Assembly: GCA_004431415.1 (NCBI GenBank)
Contig: QPMI01000689.1
Span: 50,723 to 114,722 of the forward strand
DNA from: Cyanophora paradoxa CCMP329
Lineage: Eukaryota; Plantae; Glaucophyta
Reading direction: 5' to 3'
DNA: 64,000 nucleotides
A model generated the notes under the pieces. The model ran no database searches, was not told the DNA's origin, and saw only the letters and a list, made by a program, of their open reading frames with translations. The position numbers and the translations under genes are program-made. This document shows positions 1 to 10,000 of this stretch, one piece after another; position 1 is the first letter of the stretch, and every line of letters starts with the position of its first letter.

Positions 1-235
1 CCGGATCGCAGCGTTCTGAGCAGAGGCAAGTGTTAGATGAGCAGAGCCGCGAGATTGAATCAAAAAGAGGGCGGACCACGCTGGTTTGCATAAGAACCTG
101 GATGCTGCGCTGAGCACTATTGTTGATCGACTCGATGCTGCGTGCCATGCCAAGGGTCATGGACACAAGGCTAGGCTGAGTCTGCCCAACAGGGCCTGGC
201 TGGGGCTGCCCCTGATAGTAGCCGCTGAAGTCCAT
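1..235 (-). CDS. Host-side hypothetical protein, 5' part only (MDFSGYYQGQPQPG...), runs off the window edge
   Basis: Open frame from ATG at 235 to position 1. A minus-strand TATAAAA (326-332) and a GGAAAG/CTTTCC cassette lie upstream, as for the neighbouring genes. Confidence 0.35.
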   Translation of the reverse strand, partial: MDFSGYYQGQPQPGPVGQTQPSLVSMTLGMARSIESINNSAQRSIQVLMQTSVVRPLFDSISRLCSSNTCLCSERCDP

Positions 236-325
236 TGGCGCTAAGGTAGCTGGACTTGTGAGTTTTCAAAATACCAGGGCTTCCGCCGGTCTGAGAGTGT
301 GTGACAGGACTATGGCAGCTTGCCC

Positions 326-662
326 TTTTATAGGTTGGGCTATGTGGAAAGAGGTACTTCCCATTAAGTGGAAAGTACCTCTTTCCGCATAGAATTAGTA
401 CGTCTACCCCCCTAGCCAATAATTGGCAATCATATGAAAGGACACCTACCCCCCTAATTGGTAAGTCGGGGGACTTGAACGTTCAATCAAATTGGTAAGT
501 TCGATCGCGAGACTTGAACATGGTAAGTTCAGCGGCAATCATTAGGAAAAAACAAATGATGGAATCCGCATAGAATCAGGGGTACACCCCCAAATTCTAT
601 GCGGAAAGTACCTCTTTCCCCATAGCGGAAAGTACCTCTTTCCGCATAGCTGGAAGTATAAA
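326..662. promoter_or_regulatory. Divergent promoter region with repeated GGAAAG-tacct-CTTTCC(g/a)CATAG palindromic boxes and two TATA boxes
   Basis: Boxes at ~345-392 and 598-650; TATA at 326-332 (-) and 657-662 (+). A near-identical cassette recurs at 3890-3955. Confidence 0.5.
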
Positions 663-751
663 GCACCTTTTTGCAGCCAGTATGCTCACTCTTTGCCACT
701 CTCTCAGTAGTAACTTAGCCAGATACCTCTCGCATTCTGCCTTAGTTCACC

Positions 752-1375
752 ATGGCGGTCACCATCAACGTCAGCGACGCCCTTCGCCGCGAGGCCGACC
801 GGGTGGCCAGCTCCTTTGTTCTGGTGAAGGACTCTGATGATGAGTACAGCAGCGGCGAAGAGGTTTGCGCTGGCTTTCCATACCTCCGGCGAGCCGCTCT
901 GACTTTGCGGCTTTCTCAGGCCAAGATGACAGGGGAAGGGATTCGGTACTGGGCGACGGAGACAGTGCGCCGGACCATGCGCGATCTGAAGGAGAAGAAG
1001 ACGCGCGAGGAAGCACACCGCGAGGCCTTCGACCACATCGCCGGCTCCATCATTCTCATCGAAGACTCCGACGAGGAGGAAAGCGATTACAATAGGAAGG
1101 TGCGGTTTCTGCCTGTTTTTTCGCGGCGCCGCTCACTTTTCACGCAGGCCAAGCTCACTCACTCCGGCATCAACTACTGGGTGAACCGTCAAGTCGAAAA
1201 GAGGATGCACGAGTTCAGGCAGAAGCGCAGCCAGATTGCCGCCGCCCGCGCCCTCCAGATCATGAGCGCCCCCGCCCCGGCCCCCGCTGTTGCTCCCGTG
1301 GCGCCCGAGCCCTTCGCCGCCTCCGACGACATGGAGGAGTCGGAAAACTCCGAGGCCGAGTCGGAGGATATGTAG
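752..1375 (+). CDS. Hypothetical protein (207 aa) with two tandem ~70-aa repeats, each starting with a SIM-like motif
   Basis: GC3-rich ORF with ACCATGG start. Repeats: SFVLVKDSDDE...QAKMTGEGIRYW and SIILIEDSDEEE...QAKLTHSGINYW. Confidence 0.65.
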   Translation: MAVTINVSDALRREADRVASSFVLVKDSDDEYSSGEEVCAGFPYLRRAALTLRLSQAKMTGEGIRYWATETVRRTMRDLKEKKTREEAHREAFDHIAGSIILIEDSDEEESDYNRKVRFLPVFSRRRSLFTQAKLTHSGINYWVNRQVEKRMHEFRQKRSQIAAARALQIMSAPAPAPAVAPVAPEPFAASDDMEESENSEAESEDM

Positions 1376-1683
1376 AATTGTAAATGGACTATAGCTGGCC
1401 TTGTACAGTCAACGTTGTTTGATATATCAGAGCCCGTTACGCACAAGTCATTTTGGGCCCGGGCTCGGTTCTTGGCGGCTCTAGTTTTGGGAGCGATCGT
1501 GGGTTCGGTTCTCGGCGGCTGTAGTTTGGTAAGGGTGGACTCGAATCGGTGGATCCACTTAGCGGATCCACTTTGTGGATCCACTTGGTGGATTTGGGCG
1601 TTTCCAATTTCAACCGCGGCTCGTGCATAAGTAGGGCAGGCCCCGCTGTCTCCGCCACTTTGCCGGCCGTTCAGAATCGAACA

Positions 1684-2849
1684 ATGCACGCCCCCGACGC
1701 CCACGATGCCCAGGAGCACCAGCCGGAGCCGCAGCAGCCCCCCGATGCGCGCAGGGCCCTTGCCCGGGCCGTGCGGAACAGGAAGCTCGTACCCCTCTGC
1801 GTCGACAACTACCTCAAGTTCAGCGCCGTCCTGGAGTACTGCCACGATCTGCTCGAGGGCCTCTTCAACGACCGCCAATCGCCGACGGCCTGCCCCTTCA
1901 CGTGCGAGCTCCTCACCGGCGAGTACACGGCGGCGCGCATCCGCACCGCCATGAGCAAGTGCGTCCTGCGAATGGCCTCCGTCCACCGCCTCGCATACGG
2001 GCTCGGCGAGTGCATCATTGAGACCCTGGAGCTCTGGCCGGGACACGTGGCGGTTTGTTATGCCGGCCCTTTGACATCCTCTGTCGCTTACCCCGGCCGC
2101 CCAGATCCCCCCTGTCGTCAAGCACCAGATCACCTCGATTGCCATGGAGATCGATTTCGATTACCGGGGGCGCGGCATCGACGTTTCTCCCGCCAAGCGC
2201 ATGCCCGCCTGCCCCCCGATCTTCATGACCAGCTGCGGCCGGCTCAACCTGGCGTGGTGCCCGACTGACTGCATCCGCTGCCCGTACTCCAAGGCCATGA
2301 ACTCGCTCAAGGAGTGCGATCCGGTAGAGGAGATACTGGAGCTGGCCCTCGCCGTCGACTCCCACGATCACGACGGCGTTCTTGCCGATCACGAGCGGCG
2401 CTGCCCCGGTACCCGCTACGTCCTCCACCGCATCTACGACGAGCTCTGCGTTCTTAGGGAGCGCTGGGAGGGCTGCTACTGGCTCGACGCAGCCTGGTAC
2501 TGGCTTGCCTCGGCCCTCGGGAGCCACCTTCTCAAGATCGGCAAGTTCCTCGCACCCTACCGCTGGGTCCACTTCAACACGATCGTCTACTGCGTCAAGG
2601 CAGAGCAGATGGCCGTGCGCGGGCTCGGGTCTTGCCCGTGCCCCTTTCTCACCTTTTCGCGAACAGGAGCCGTATGCCGGGCTCTGCGAGGATCTCGAAT
2701 CGCTCCTGTACGCCCTGAAGAACACCGAGGGCGCGAACAGGCCCCCCTCCCCGCTCTACTCCCCCATGTTCGACCGCACGCGCCTTGCCCATCCGGAGGC
2801 CGGCATCAGCGTGGCAGGGACCCGCAAGCGCCGTTTCGTGGATATGTAG
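1684..2849 (+). CDS. Hypothetical 3-exon protein (exons 1684-2052, 2105-2614, 2667-2849)
   Basis: Two 52-nt GT..AG introns (2053-2104 GTTTGT..CCAG; 2615-2666 GTGCGC..ACAG) with pyrimidine tracts join three GC3-rich frames in phase. The product ends in an NLS-like RKRRF. Confidence 0.6.
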
Positions 2850-2857
2850 GGCGCATT

Positions 2858-3298
2858 CTAGCTACCTGTGTTTCCCCCGACCCCTGTGATTTGGGTGTCC
2901 TCTTCGAAATTCGAATTGATCCTGAGCGATTCCTCCCGTGCATGCGTGGCCCTCCCGATGGCGATGGCCCTGAGCGGCGACCCGGCGGCCGTGAATAGGT
3001 GGGGGTTCACGCTGCGAATCGAGCTGGACCGGGCTCGCATGCCAATTGGGTGGTTGATTGTGAAACTGCGGGGGAGGCTCCGGGGAGAGGAGCGGGGCGT
3101 CGGGGGGGGTGGCTCGTGCAGGTGCTCCACCACCCCCCCGGGGAACACATCGGCGACTATCACGTGCGATGCCGTCACGTGCGGCCCCGTGAAACGCTCT
3201 AGACCGGCCCTTTCCATCCAGACCGCCCCGCATGTCGGGCACTGGGCGGCTGCCATCACTTCGATTTCGACGGTACAATTAATTGGCGCCGGCGTCAT
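2858..3298 (-). CDS. Hypothetical protein (MTPAPINC..., CPTC motif)
   Basis: Internal ATG of the 2858-3787 frame overlaps the stop of the upstream ORF (TGATG). Confidence 0.3.
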   Translation of the reverse strand: MTPAPINCTVEIEVMAAAQCPTCGAVWMERAGLERFTGPHVTASHVIVADVFPGGVVEHLHEPPPPTPRSSPRSLPRSFTINHPIGMRARSSSIRSVNPHLFTAAGSPLRAIAIGRATHAREESLRINSNFEEDTQITGVGGNTGS

Positions 3299-3714
3299 CA
3301 ACCGCCTGCGACATCCTGCCGGGCCGCGATCGAGACTACAACGGCATTGGCGGTCCCGCGGAGAACGAAGCTCTCCCCGAGGAACGCCTCCATGAGCCCG
3401 GAGCCCACCGCCTGCGTTGCGGAGGTCCAGCGCCGCGAGATCTCTGCCATGCGAGCGTACGATTCGACCATCGCGTCCAGGTGCGCCGGCTCCATGGACT
3501 CCCAGAGGCTCCGGAACTGGGGTAGGGTCATGCTGCGGACTTGGAAGAGCTTCGCCAGCAGATCGTCCTCCAGCGCGTACACGGTGGGGTCCGGAGAGCA
3601 CGACTCGGAGATTCGAGCCAGGCCGTCGGTGATCTCGTCGATGCAGGAGCGCATACGGGCAAGCGCCGACGTGACGCGAGAGGGTACGAGGACGACAGGG
3701 GTTGCGGGCGGCAT
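3298..3714 (-). CDS. Hypothetical protein (138 aa)
   Basis: ACCATG start and protein-like helical composition. Confidence 0.45.
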   Translation of the reverse strand: MPPATPVVLVPSRVTSALARMRSCIDEITDGLARISESCSPDPTVYALEDDLLAKLFQVRSMTLPQFRSLWESMEPAHLDAMVESYARMAEISRRWTSATQAVGSGLMEAFLGESFVLRGTANAVVVSIAARQDVAGG

Positions 3715-3823
3715 GGTGTGTGGCGAGCGTGTGCGAGTGAGAGACCGAGGGCGGGCTCGTCCACTTGGATTGGCCAGAATCCACCAAGTGGATTGGAAAG
3801 GGGATTCCCGCTTTTGAGTTCCC

Positions 3824-3955
3824 GTACCCCTGATTCTATGCGGAATCCATCATTTGTTTTTCCCTTTTGCCGCTGCTGTACCCCTGATCTTATGCGGAAA
3901 GTACCTCTTTCCACATAGCGGAAAGCACCTCTTTCCACATAGCAGAAACTATAAA
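3824..3955 (+). promoter_or_regulatory. Promoter cassette upstream of the SUMO-like gene
   Basis: TATGCGGAAAGTACCTCTTTCCACATAGCGGAAAGCACCTCTTTCCACATAGC..TATAAA, near-identical to 598-662. Confidence 0.55.
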
Positions 3956-4023
3956 TCCCCTTCCGCGCTTCAGTTGTTAAAGCCACTCCCATTCGTGCAT
4001 CAGCCCATTCTCCAGCCTCCACC

Positions 4024-4075
4024 ATGTCGGATCCCAGCGTCGAGATCAAGCCCGAGCGCATCAACATCTCGGTGA
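4024..4075 (+). pseudogene. SUMO: SUMO-like gene, 5' fragment (MSDPSVEIKPERINISV), interrupted by element 1
   Basis: Removing 4076-36927 rejoins the frame to KDQFGSVDVYKISKATKLQRLFDTHGYRIGRRPETIRFMFDGARIQPTQTPEEAGLEDGDAI, a typical SUMO/Smt3 pattern. Confidence 0.85.
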
Positions 4076-4148
4076 ACACATATGAATATTCATATTTTAA
4101 TCCCTCGGCGTTCCGCCTCAGGATTAAAATATGAATATTCATATGTGT
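4076..4148. repeat. Terminal hairpin of element 1, left end (28-bp perfect stem, 17-nt loop region)
   Basis: ACACATATGAATATTCATATTTTAATCC-ctcGGCGttcCGCCtca-GGATTAAAATATGAATATTCATATGTGT. Confidence 0.95.
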
Positions 4149-4892
4149 GATTCGATGTTATATCAATAAAATCGATTAATTTATTTGAATTTTCACATGA
4201 ATTTTCATATTTTTATATGCATTTTTCAAGTAATTTAATCGATATTATATCGATAAACTCGATTAATCGATATTGTATCTTAATTAGAGTTAATCGGAAT
4301 TATATCAATAACTTCGATTGATCTTAATTGAATCCTAAATGAATCTAATCGGAATTATATCAATAAATTCGATTAAATCATGTTCTTTTCCGATTAAATC
4401 AATTAAATATTTAACTTTGTTACCATAAGTGGTCTAAGTTGACTCACTTTTCATTAACATTTTGAACTCTTAGTCTCCTTGAATTTCTTAAGATGACTCA
4501 ACTTAGTCAACTTAGTCAACTTTGTTACCATAATCAATCAGGGTGGACTCACTTTTAGATCAACTTTGAAATTTCAAGCAAAATCAACTTTGATTTCAAA
4601 AGTGGATCTTCTAAGTGGACTCAAAATGTTCACTTTGTGATACATGTTAGCTCAAATCCTTACTGTTTATGGTCAGGGTTGACTAAGTGGGGGGAGTTGA
4701 CACATTTTTTGAAATCCTTTTTAGAAAACTTTAGGTCCCAAATATTTCCTGTGAAATTTGAGTCAACTCAACCCACTTAGTCAACCCTTGCATTGAATTC
4801 GTAACAAAATCCATATACTATTACTACTTTTACGATTAATATGAGTCAACCTTGAGTCCACTTTAATATAAATATTATATAATAGGGGGAAT
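4076..4892 (+). repeat. Left terminal inverted repeat (~817 bp)
   Basis: Reverse complement of 30843-31426 plus 36689-36921; near-identical (two substitutions noticed near 4810-4820). Confidence 0.92.
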
Positions 4893-5368
4893 CTAGGGGA
4901 GATGCTTACTAAATGCAATGTTAGATTGATGTTTTCATATATGTGATCACGTTAATCGAAGCTATATAATACAGTGGATTATTAGATATCATAAGTGGAT
5001 CGAATTGATAAGTATATGGTTAAAAATCGCGATTTGTGAGTTATAATTGAATTTAATCGAATTATTTTGAATTTCAAAACTCGCTTTAATCGTAATAGCG
5101 ATGTATACACATCGAGATTCGTATATGTGATTGCAAGTTATTGTTATGTATGATATATGTGATTATATTCGATCGTCAGTGCATCGATTTGATAACTTCC
5201 TGGTGATCTATATTAAAAACCCACGTTTTTCAAGCGCATCGATTTGATAACGTGGTGCTGAGATATCGCAGCAAACGTGAATATTGATTTTCCAGACGGG
5301 TACAGCATTAATCTAGAAAAAAACGCGTTTTTTTTTTACTTTTCAAGTTTCACGGCGAACGAAGTAAA

Positions 5369-5441
5369 GGTTCTCGAGCGGATTTGAACCGCGTAGTTCC
5401 GAGTCAGAAATCAAGCGCTCTATTCTCTGAGCCAAAAACGC
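5369..5441 (-). ncRNA. Degenerate tRNA-like sequence / possible Pol III unit
   Basis: TGGCTCAG..AGAGC (A-box/D-arm) and GCGGTTCAAATCCGC (B-box/T-arm) at tRNA spacing. Acceptor and anticodon stems are poor. Confidence 0.3.
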
Positions 5442-5667
5442 TTTTCAGCCAAGTCGATTCTTAGGCTAGTGTTTCACCAAGTCTACTATGGCAAGTGACT
5501 TTCGCATCTTCAAACTGCTATATCTCATCACCAGATCATCAAAACGCAACGTTCTGCATAGCGCTGTGAAGCGCTTGATAAGATCTACAAGACTATGTGT
5601 ATATCATATGCATATATGTATATCTGTCATACATATATTTGGAAAAAACGAGTTTTTGCCTAGCAAA

Positions 5668-7053
5668 CTAGCTAGTTTTGGTCCTTTCTCTTAGTGTTCT
5701 CTGAGGTTTAGGGGCTGTATATGACTCCTTAGTAGTCTGAAAGTCATTATACCATCTTTGGCTATTCACTTCTGAAAGCTTCTGTGTTCCTGCTATAGTG
5801 AGCTTTTTGAGTTCCCTGTTAACTTTCCCAGCCTTCTCCTTTCTAGCCTCTATCAAAGGCTTATCTGGGACTTCATTAGCAGCTTCTATGCCCTCTCTCC
5901 TTATAGCAGCATCAACCCTAGCTTCCTCTTTAGCTTGCTCTAAGGCATCTACTGTAGGGGTTTCCAGATACTCAACTGCATTCACAGGCAACAGCTCATG
6001 GAAAGCAAACCTGTTATCTATGATCTCTCCAGTGGGACTCTTTAGCTTAAACTTGAAGCCTTCTCTACTATCAACAGTGTAAACCATCCTAGACCAATTG
6101 TTACCCTGTTTTGCAAAGGGGTTCTTCTCTACTTTCACTCTAACAAACATGCCAGGCTGCATGGTATCAAGATAAGCTATTGATTTCTTGAATCTTTCAT
6201 CTTCTAATCCCACTATATACCTATAATGCTCCTCTGTAGTTTCGCCTGGCTTCATCTTAGTAGCTGAGTGAACTGTATTATTGTAATTATACTCAATATC
6301 ACCTAACACATCAAAGAATCTAGCTGTATTATTAGCTATGCAGTAGTTTGTGATCAATCTCTTAATCTGCTTGTTAAAGGCTTCAATTCGACCTTGGCTT
6401 CTGTGGTCTGCAGTTCCACTCACTTGGTGTTCTATGTATTTACTAGATAGATACTCCTGGAATATTCGATTTTGGAACTCACTTCCAGCATCTGATTGAA
6501 CCTTTACTATGGGTCTTGCTACTCTCATCTCAAGCTGTTTAAATGCAGCTAATGTAGTGAGAGCTGATTTATCCCTAATAGGTATGATATACCCAGTTCT
6601 CAGTGTGGATTCCATTGCAGTCATAAAGGTATCATAGCCATTGTTTTGTTTCTTATAAGCTGGGAAAAAGAGCAAATCAATCACATAGGTATCAAGGGGT
6701 TGCCTTATTGGGACCATGGGATCTCTCTTTCTAGATATAGCAGGTGCATTGATCTGAACTACCTCTTGCTTTTTATAGAACTCTTGCAACTGCTTATAGG
6801 ATTCATCTGGTAACTCAGCCCTCATAGCTTGAAGCCCTTTGTAACCAGTTCTCACATCATAGAATCTCTTGGCAATCTTACTGGTTTCTTTCACTGCAAT
6901 AGCAACTGGGATCTCTACTGGGACAAGCTCTTTCATCTCAGACTTTTTGACAATTCGAGATTCCCCTTTTTCCTCCTTTGGAACTGTGATAGGCAGTAGG
7001 TTACCTTGTAGTTGCTCAGTGGTTCTCCTAACTATTCTTCCAGTTGCTGGCAT
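5668..7053 (-). CDS. Retroviral-like (rve, DDE) integrase of Polinton type
   Basis: YVIDLLF / VQSDAGSEF / QGRIEAFNKQIK catalytic D-D-E pattern, followed by YNNTVHSATKMKP and an SH3-like C-terminal segment. Confidence 0.92.
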   Translation of the reverse strand: MPATGRIVRRTTEQLQGNLLPITVPKEEKGESRIVKKSEMKELVPVEIPVAIAVKETSKIAKRFYDVRTGYKGLQAMRAELPDESYKQLQEFYKKQEVVQINAPAISRKRDPMVPIRQPLDTYVIDLLFFPAYKKQNNGYDTFMTAMESTLRTGYIIPIRDKSALTTLAAFKQLEMRVARPIVKVQSDAGSEFQNRIFQEYLSSKYIEHQVSGTADHRSQGRIEAFNKQIKRLITNYCIANNTARFFDVLGDIEYNYNNTVHSATKMKPGETTEEHYRYIVGLEDERFKKSIAYLDTMQPGMFVRVKVEKNPFAKQGNNWSRMVYTVDSREGFKFKLKSPTGEIIDNRFAFHELLPVNAVEYLETPTVDALEQAKEEARVDAAIRREGIEAANEVPDKPLIEARKEKAGKVNRELKKLTIAGTQKLSEVNSQRWYNDFQTTKESYTAPKPQRTLRERTKTS

Positions 7054-7056
7054 CTC

Positions 7057-10000
7057 TTAATTAAAAGGAACAGAATTAATACCATCTGGTAAGATGTATC
7101 TCTTTGCATCAAAGCAGTTTAGGGCAACCCTTCTACTCACAGTATCTATTATTGTGTGATCTGCCCTTCTCTTCTGCTTTGCAGTCACAGTCTTGCTGAT
7201 ACCTGCAAATAAACACTCCTTAAAATCATTGAATTGGAGTTCCTCAGTGGAAGTCCCAGAGAGCTTACTCCTCTCAATCTCAGCAGTTCTGAAACTGTAA
7301 ACTTTAGCTCTCAGACCCACATACTCCAATATAGCAGAACCTGGCATCTCATTTTTGTATTTACCTGGGGTCATTCTGTTAGATCCCCCTAGGTCCAAGG
7401 CATAAGATATATTCTCTATATCTTTTTGTAAGGTCTTAGATTCAATATATAGACAGAAGGAGTCAGTATCATGGAATAGTAACTTGGCTTTGGACCATTG
7501 GGACCTCACAGTATCATAGAAGAACTTGTAGTTATGCAGTTTGGCAGCATCCAAAACATAAGCCCCAATTGCAACTGGCTTATCTAGCTTCACATGTTTT
7601 GTGTAAAACTCAAAGGCAACTGCCCTTTCACTTATGGGACTTGTTGATTTCACTAAAGGAGAGGCTGCATATTTCATAAATAGCTTCTCAGTGTTGGCAA
7701 TCTTAACCACAGATCGACCTCTACATGATTCAATGCATTTCCCATAGATTGAATTATTCATGAGCTTATAGAAATCAGCCTCGAATTTATTCACTGCTTT
7801 CCTTCTCATATCAGTGTTCAGCTCAATATAAGATTTCATTACAGGAGCCACAGTAAATGATAGGACCCTGTGGACTTTACTCAATTTCACCCCTTTGTCC
7901 AACAGATACTGTAGAAGAGGCTCAGAAATCACATAGTTGGTCACAGAACCAAAGGTTGCAGTTAGCTTAGGGGTCTTATCAAGCTCTTCTCCCGAAAGAT
8001 CTAATAGGCTCTTTTGATATTGTGATAATTCTGCATATTCTACTATTTTCTTGTTAATAATTAGGGGAAAATCACTGTGATCTAGAAACAGCCTAATTGG
8101 GTAATCCAGATCAACTTCTAGGAAACTGGATCTGTTATCTTGTGGGTTGAATTCGGTCTCCCATCTAAAATCACCAACTGGGATTGGCTGACTCAAACAG
8201 TAGCCATACAAGTTGTTAGCATCAAACAGCATAATATGGGAGTTCTCACCATCAGCCTCAGCATACCTACAAGGCATTGTTGCAAAGCCACCCCTGATTC
8301 CCCTCTCAACAAATTCGTATTGCTCTACATCACTTATAAGCTCTATTTTTGCCTTGGTGGTCCTTAACATAGCATCCCAAGATAACCCAGGGGCAGATAC
8401 ATAATGAACTGGGTCAAGTCCATATACTGAGTGTGAAAGCCTTCTGAAGGCTTGGAATTTGTTCATTAACTCAGTCACATCAGCAGCTCCGAAATCCATG
8501 AAATTACTGGCATCAATGAACTTGTAAAGACCCCATTGCAATGATAGGTATTGATCAAAATTTTTCGAAAGGATTTCAATTCGCTTTTTATCACCCATGC
8601 CTGCTATTTTTCTGAAAATGAATGTCCCACAGTCATCCATTTGGTCAACAACAACTGCAACTTTGGTTTGCTTTGAGATTCTCCTATGGAGATTGCAGTT
8701 TCTGCATGCAGGAGCAATGTAATGACCTGTGTGATGATCATGATCCCTGCATTTGAAGTTCTCTTTGGTGAACCTCTCACTGCAAAGGTAACAGTGTTTA
8801 GTAGCCCTGTAAACAGCCTTTTGCTCATCTGTGAGTTCATTCATGGGTATATTGGTAAACAGAAAATCGATCAGTTCTCTTGCTTTGGACTCCAAGCATT
8901 CAAAGAGACCTCCCATTGGATCCTGCCCCTCAAATCGAAAATCTTGAACATCTGCCCCAGTGACTATTCTTATGTTGACTGCTGAGACTTCTCTCTTGGA
9001 TTTCGATGCATCTATGGGGATGCTTCTATGTTCAATCTTGCAGTAAACCACAACAGGAAGCCAAACAGTTTTCCTTAGGTTTTTCAGTCCAAACTCTATT
9101 GTGGTCTCAGGTTTAGGTGTGATTCCCTTTGAGAGTCTCCAATCAATGCATCTGTTTGAGTCCACATGAGCAGTGAGTTTAGCCTCAGACCTGAATCGAG
9201 ATAAGCATGTGTCACAGTAGTGTAACTTCTGATCATTGTATGTTTCATGGTTAACTTTCAATAGCCTTGAAAGGGACATGATTGTAATATAGTGACCATT
9301 CCCTTCATCATCAAATATCAGCATGAGATTAACCTTATGCTTTCTGCCTGGGTTACTTGATTGATGCAGGGGATAAACAACCTCTCCATCGATTCCAAAT
9401 ATATTAATGCTAATGCCTGCATTTTGAGCCTCGAATTTATCAATTATTTCAGCATCACAGGCAACAGGGAATGGGATATTGTCGAAATTGAGAGCCAGCG
9501 GATTATAAGCGATTGCTGAGTATTTCCATTTGCGATACTGTGAAAGCTCATTCCTCTTATGGGAGTTTATCGCTTTTCTGTGAATATATGCCAAAATTGC
9601 ATTTTCGAAGCAGGAATCATCAATATTTCGAATATTCACTGTGGCTCTCTTCCTAGCAATCCACTCTGGGGTTTGTAGAAAGCATCCACCAGTTGGAGCA
9701 TAACTCATAATAGCCACTCTGAGTATTTCAATTCTTTCTAAGCGATAGCTATCAACCACATTCATCTGCTCCTGACACATTTGGGCTGCTTTATTCAGCT
9801 CAGTTCGAATATTTCTCGATCTGGTTAATACAAAATAATCACTGTAAATGTATTTCGATATCCAAACCTGCGGATTGCTGACTTTAACGAACTTGCAGAT
9901 AAAAGACAAGCGAACCTTGATTGCCCTGAATTGATCTAAACCCTGCCTTAATCGATTAGGAAGGGATGTAGCAATTCTGTCCAGGAATTCAATCACATCT

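Noticed and set aside
1535-1595. Similarity of the flank GTGGA(C/T)(T/C)CAC repeats to the PLV TIR iterons
   Set aside because: The match is only 6-8 bp, too short to support a relationship.
1189-2725. Long minus-strand ORFs (318 aa, 236 aa)
   Set aside because: Antisense shadows of GC3-rich plus-strand genes.
4069-4076. Alternative 8-bp TSD TCGGTGAA with the element starting at CACATATG
   Set aside because: Formally possible, but the hairpin symmetry, element 2's ACACATA start and the 6-bp norm for Polinton integrases favour CGGTGA.
3528-4142. 204-aa ORF and the 87-aa ORF at 36855-37118 sharing the N-terminus MNIHILILRRNAEGLKYEYSYV
   Set aside because: The shared N-terminus is just the TIR hairpin read outward from each end. 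Only the SUMO part of the second ORF is real coding sequence.
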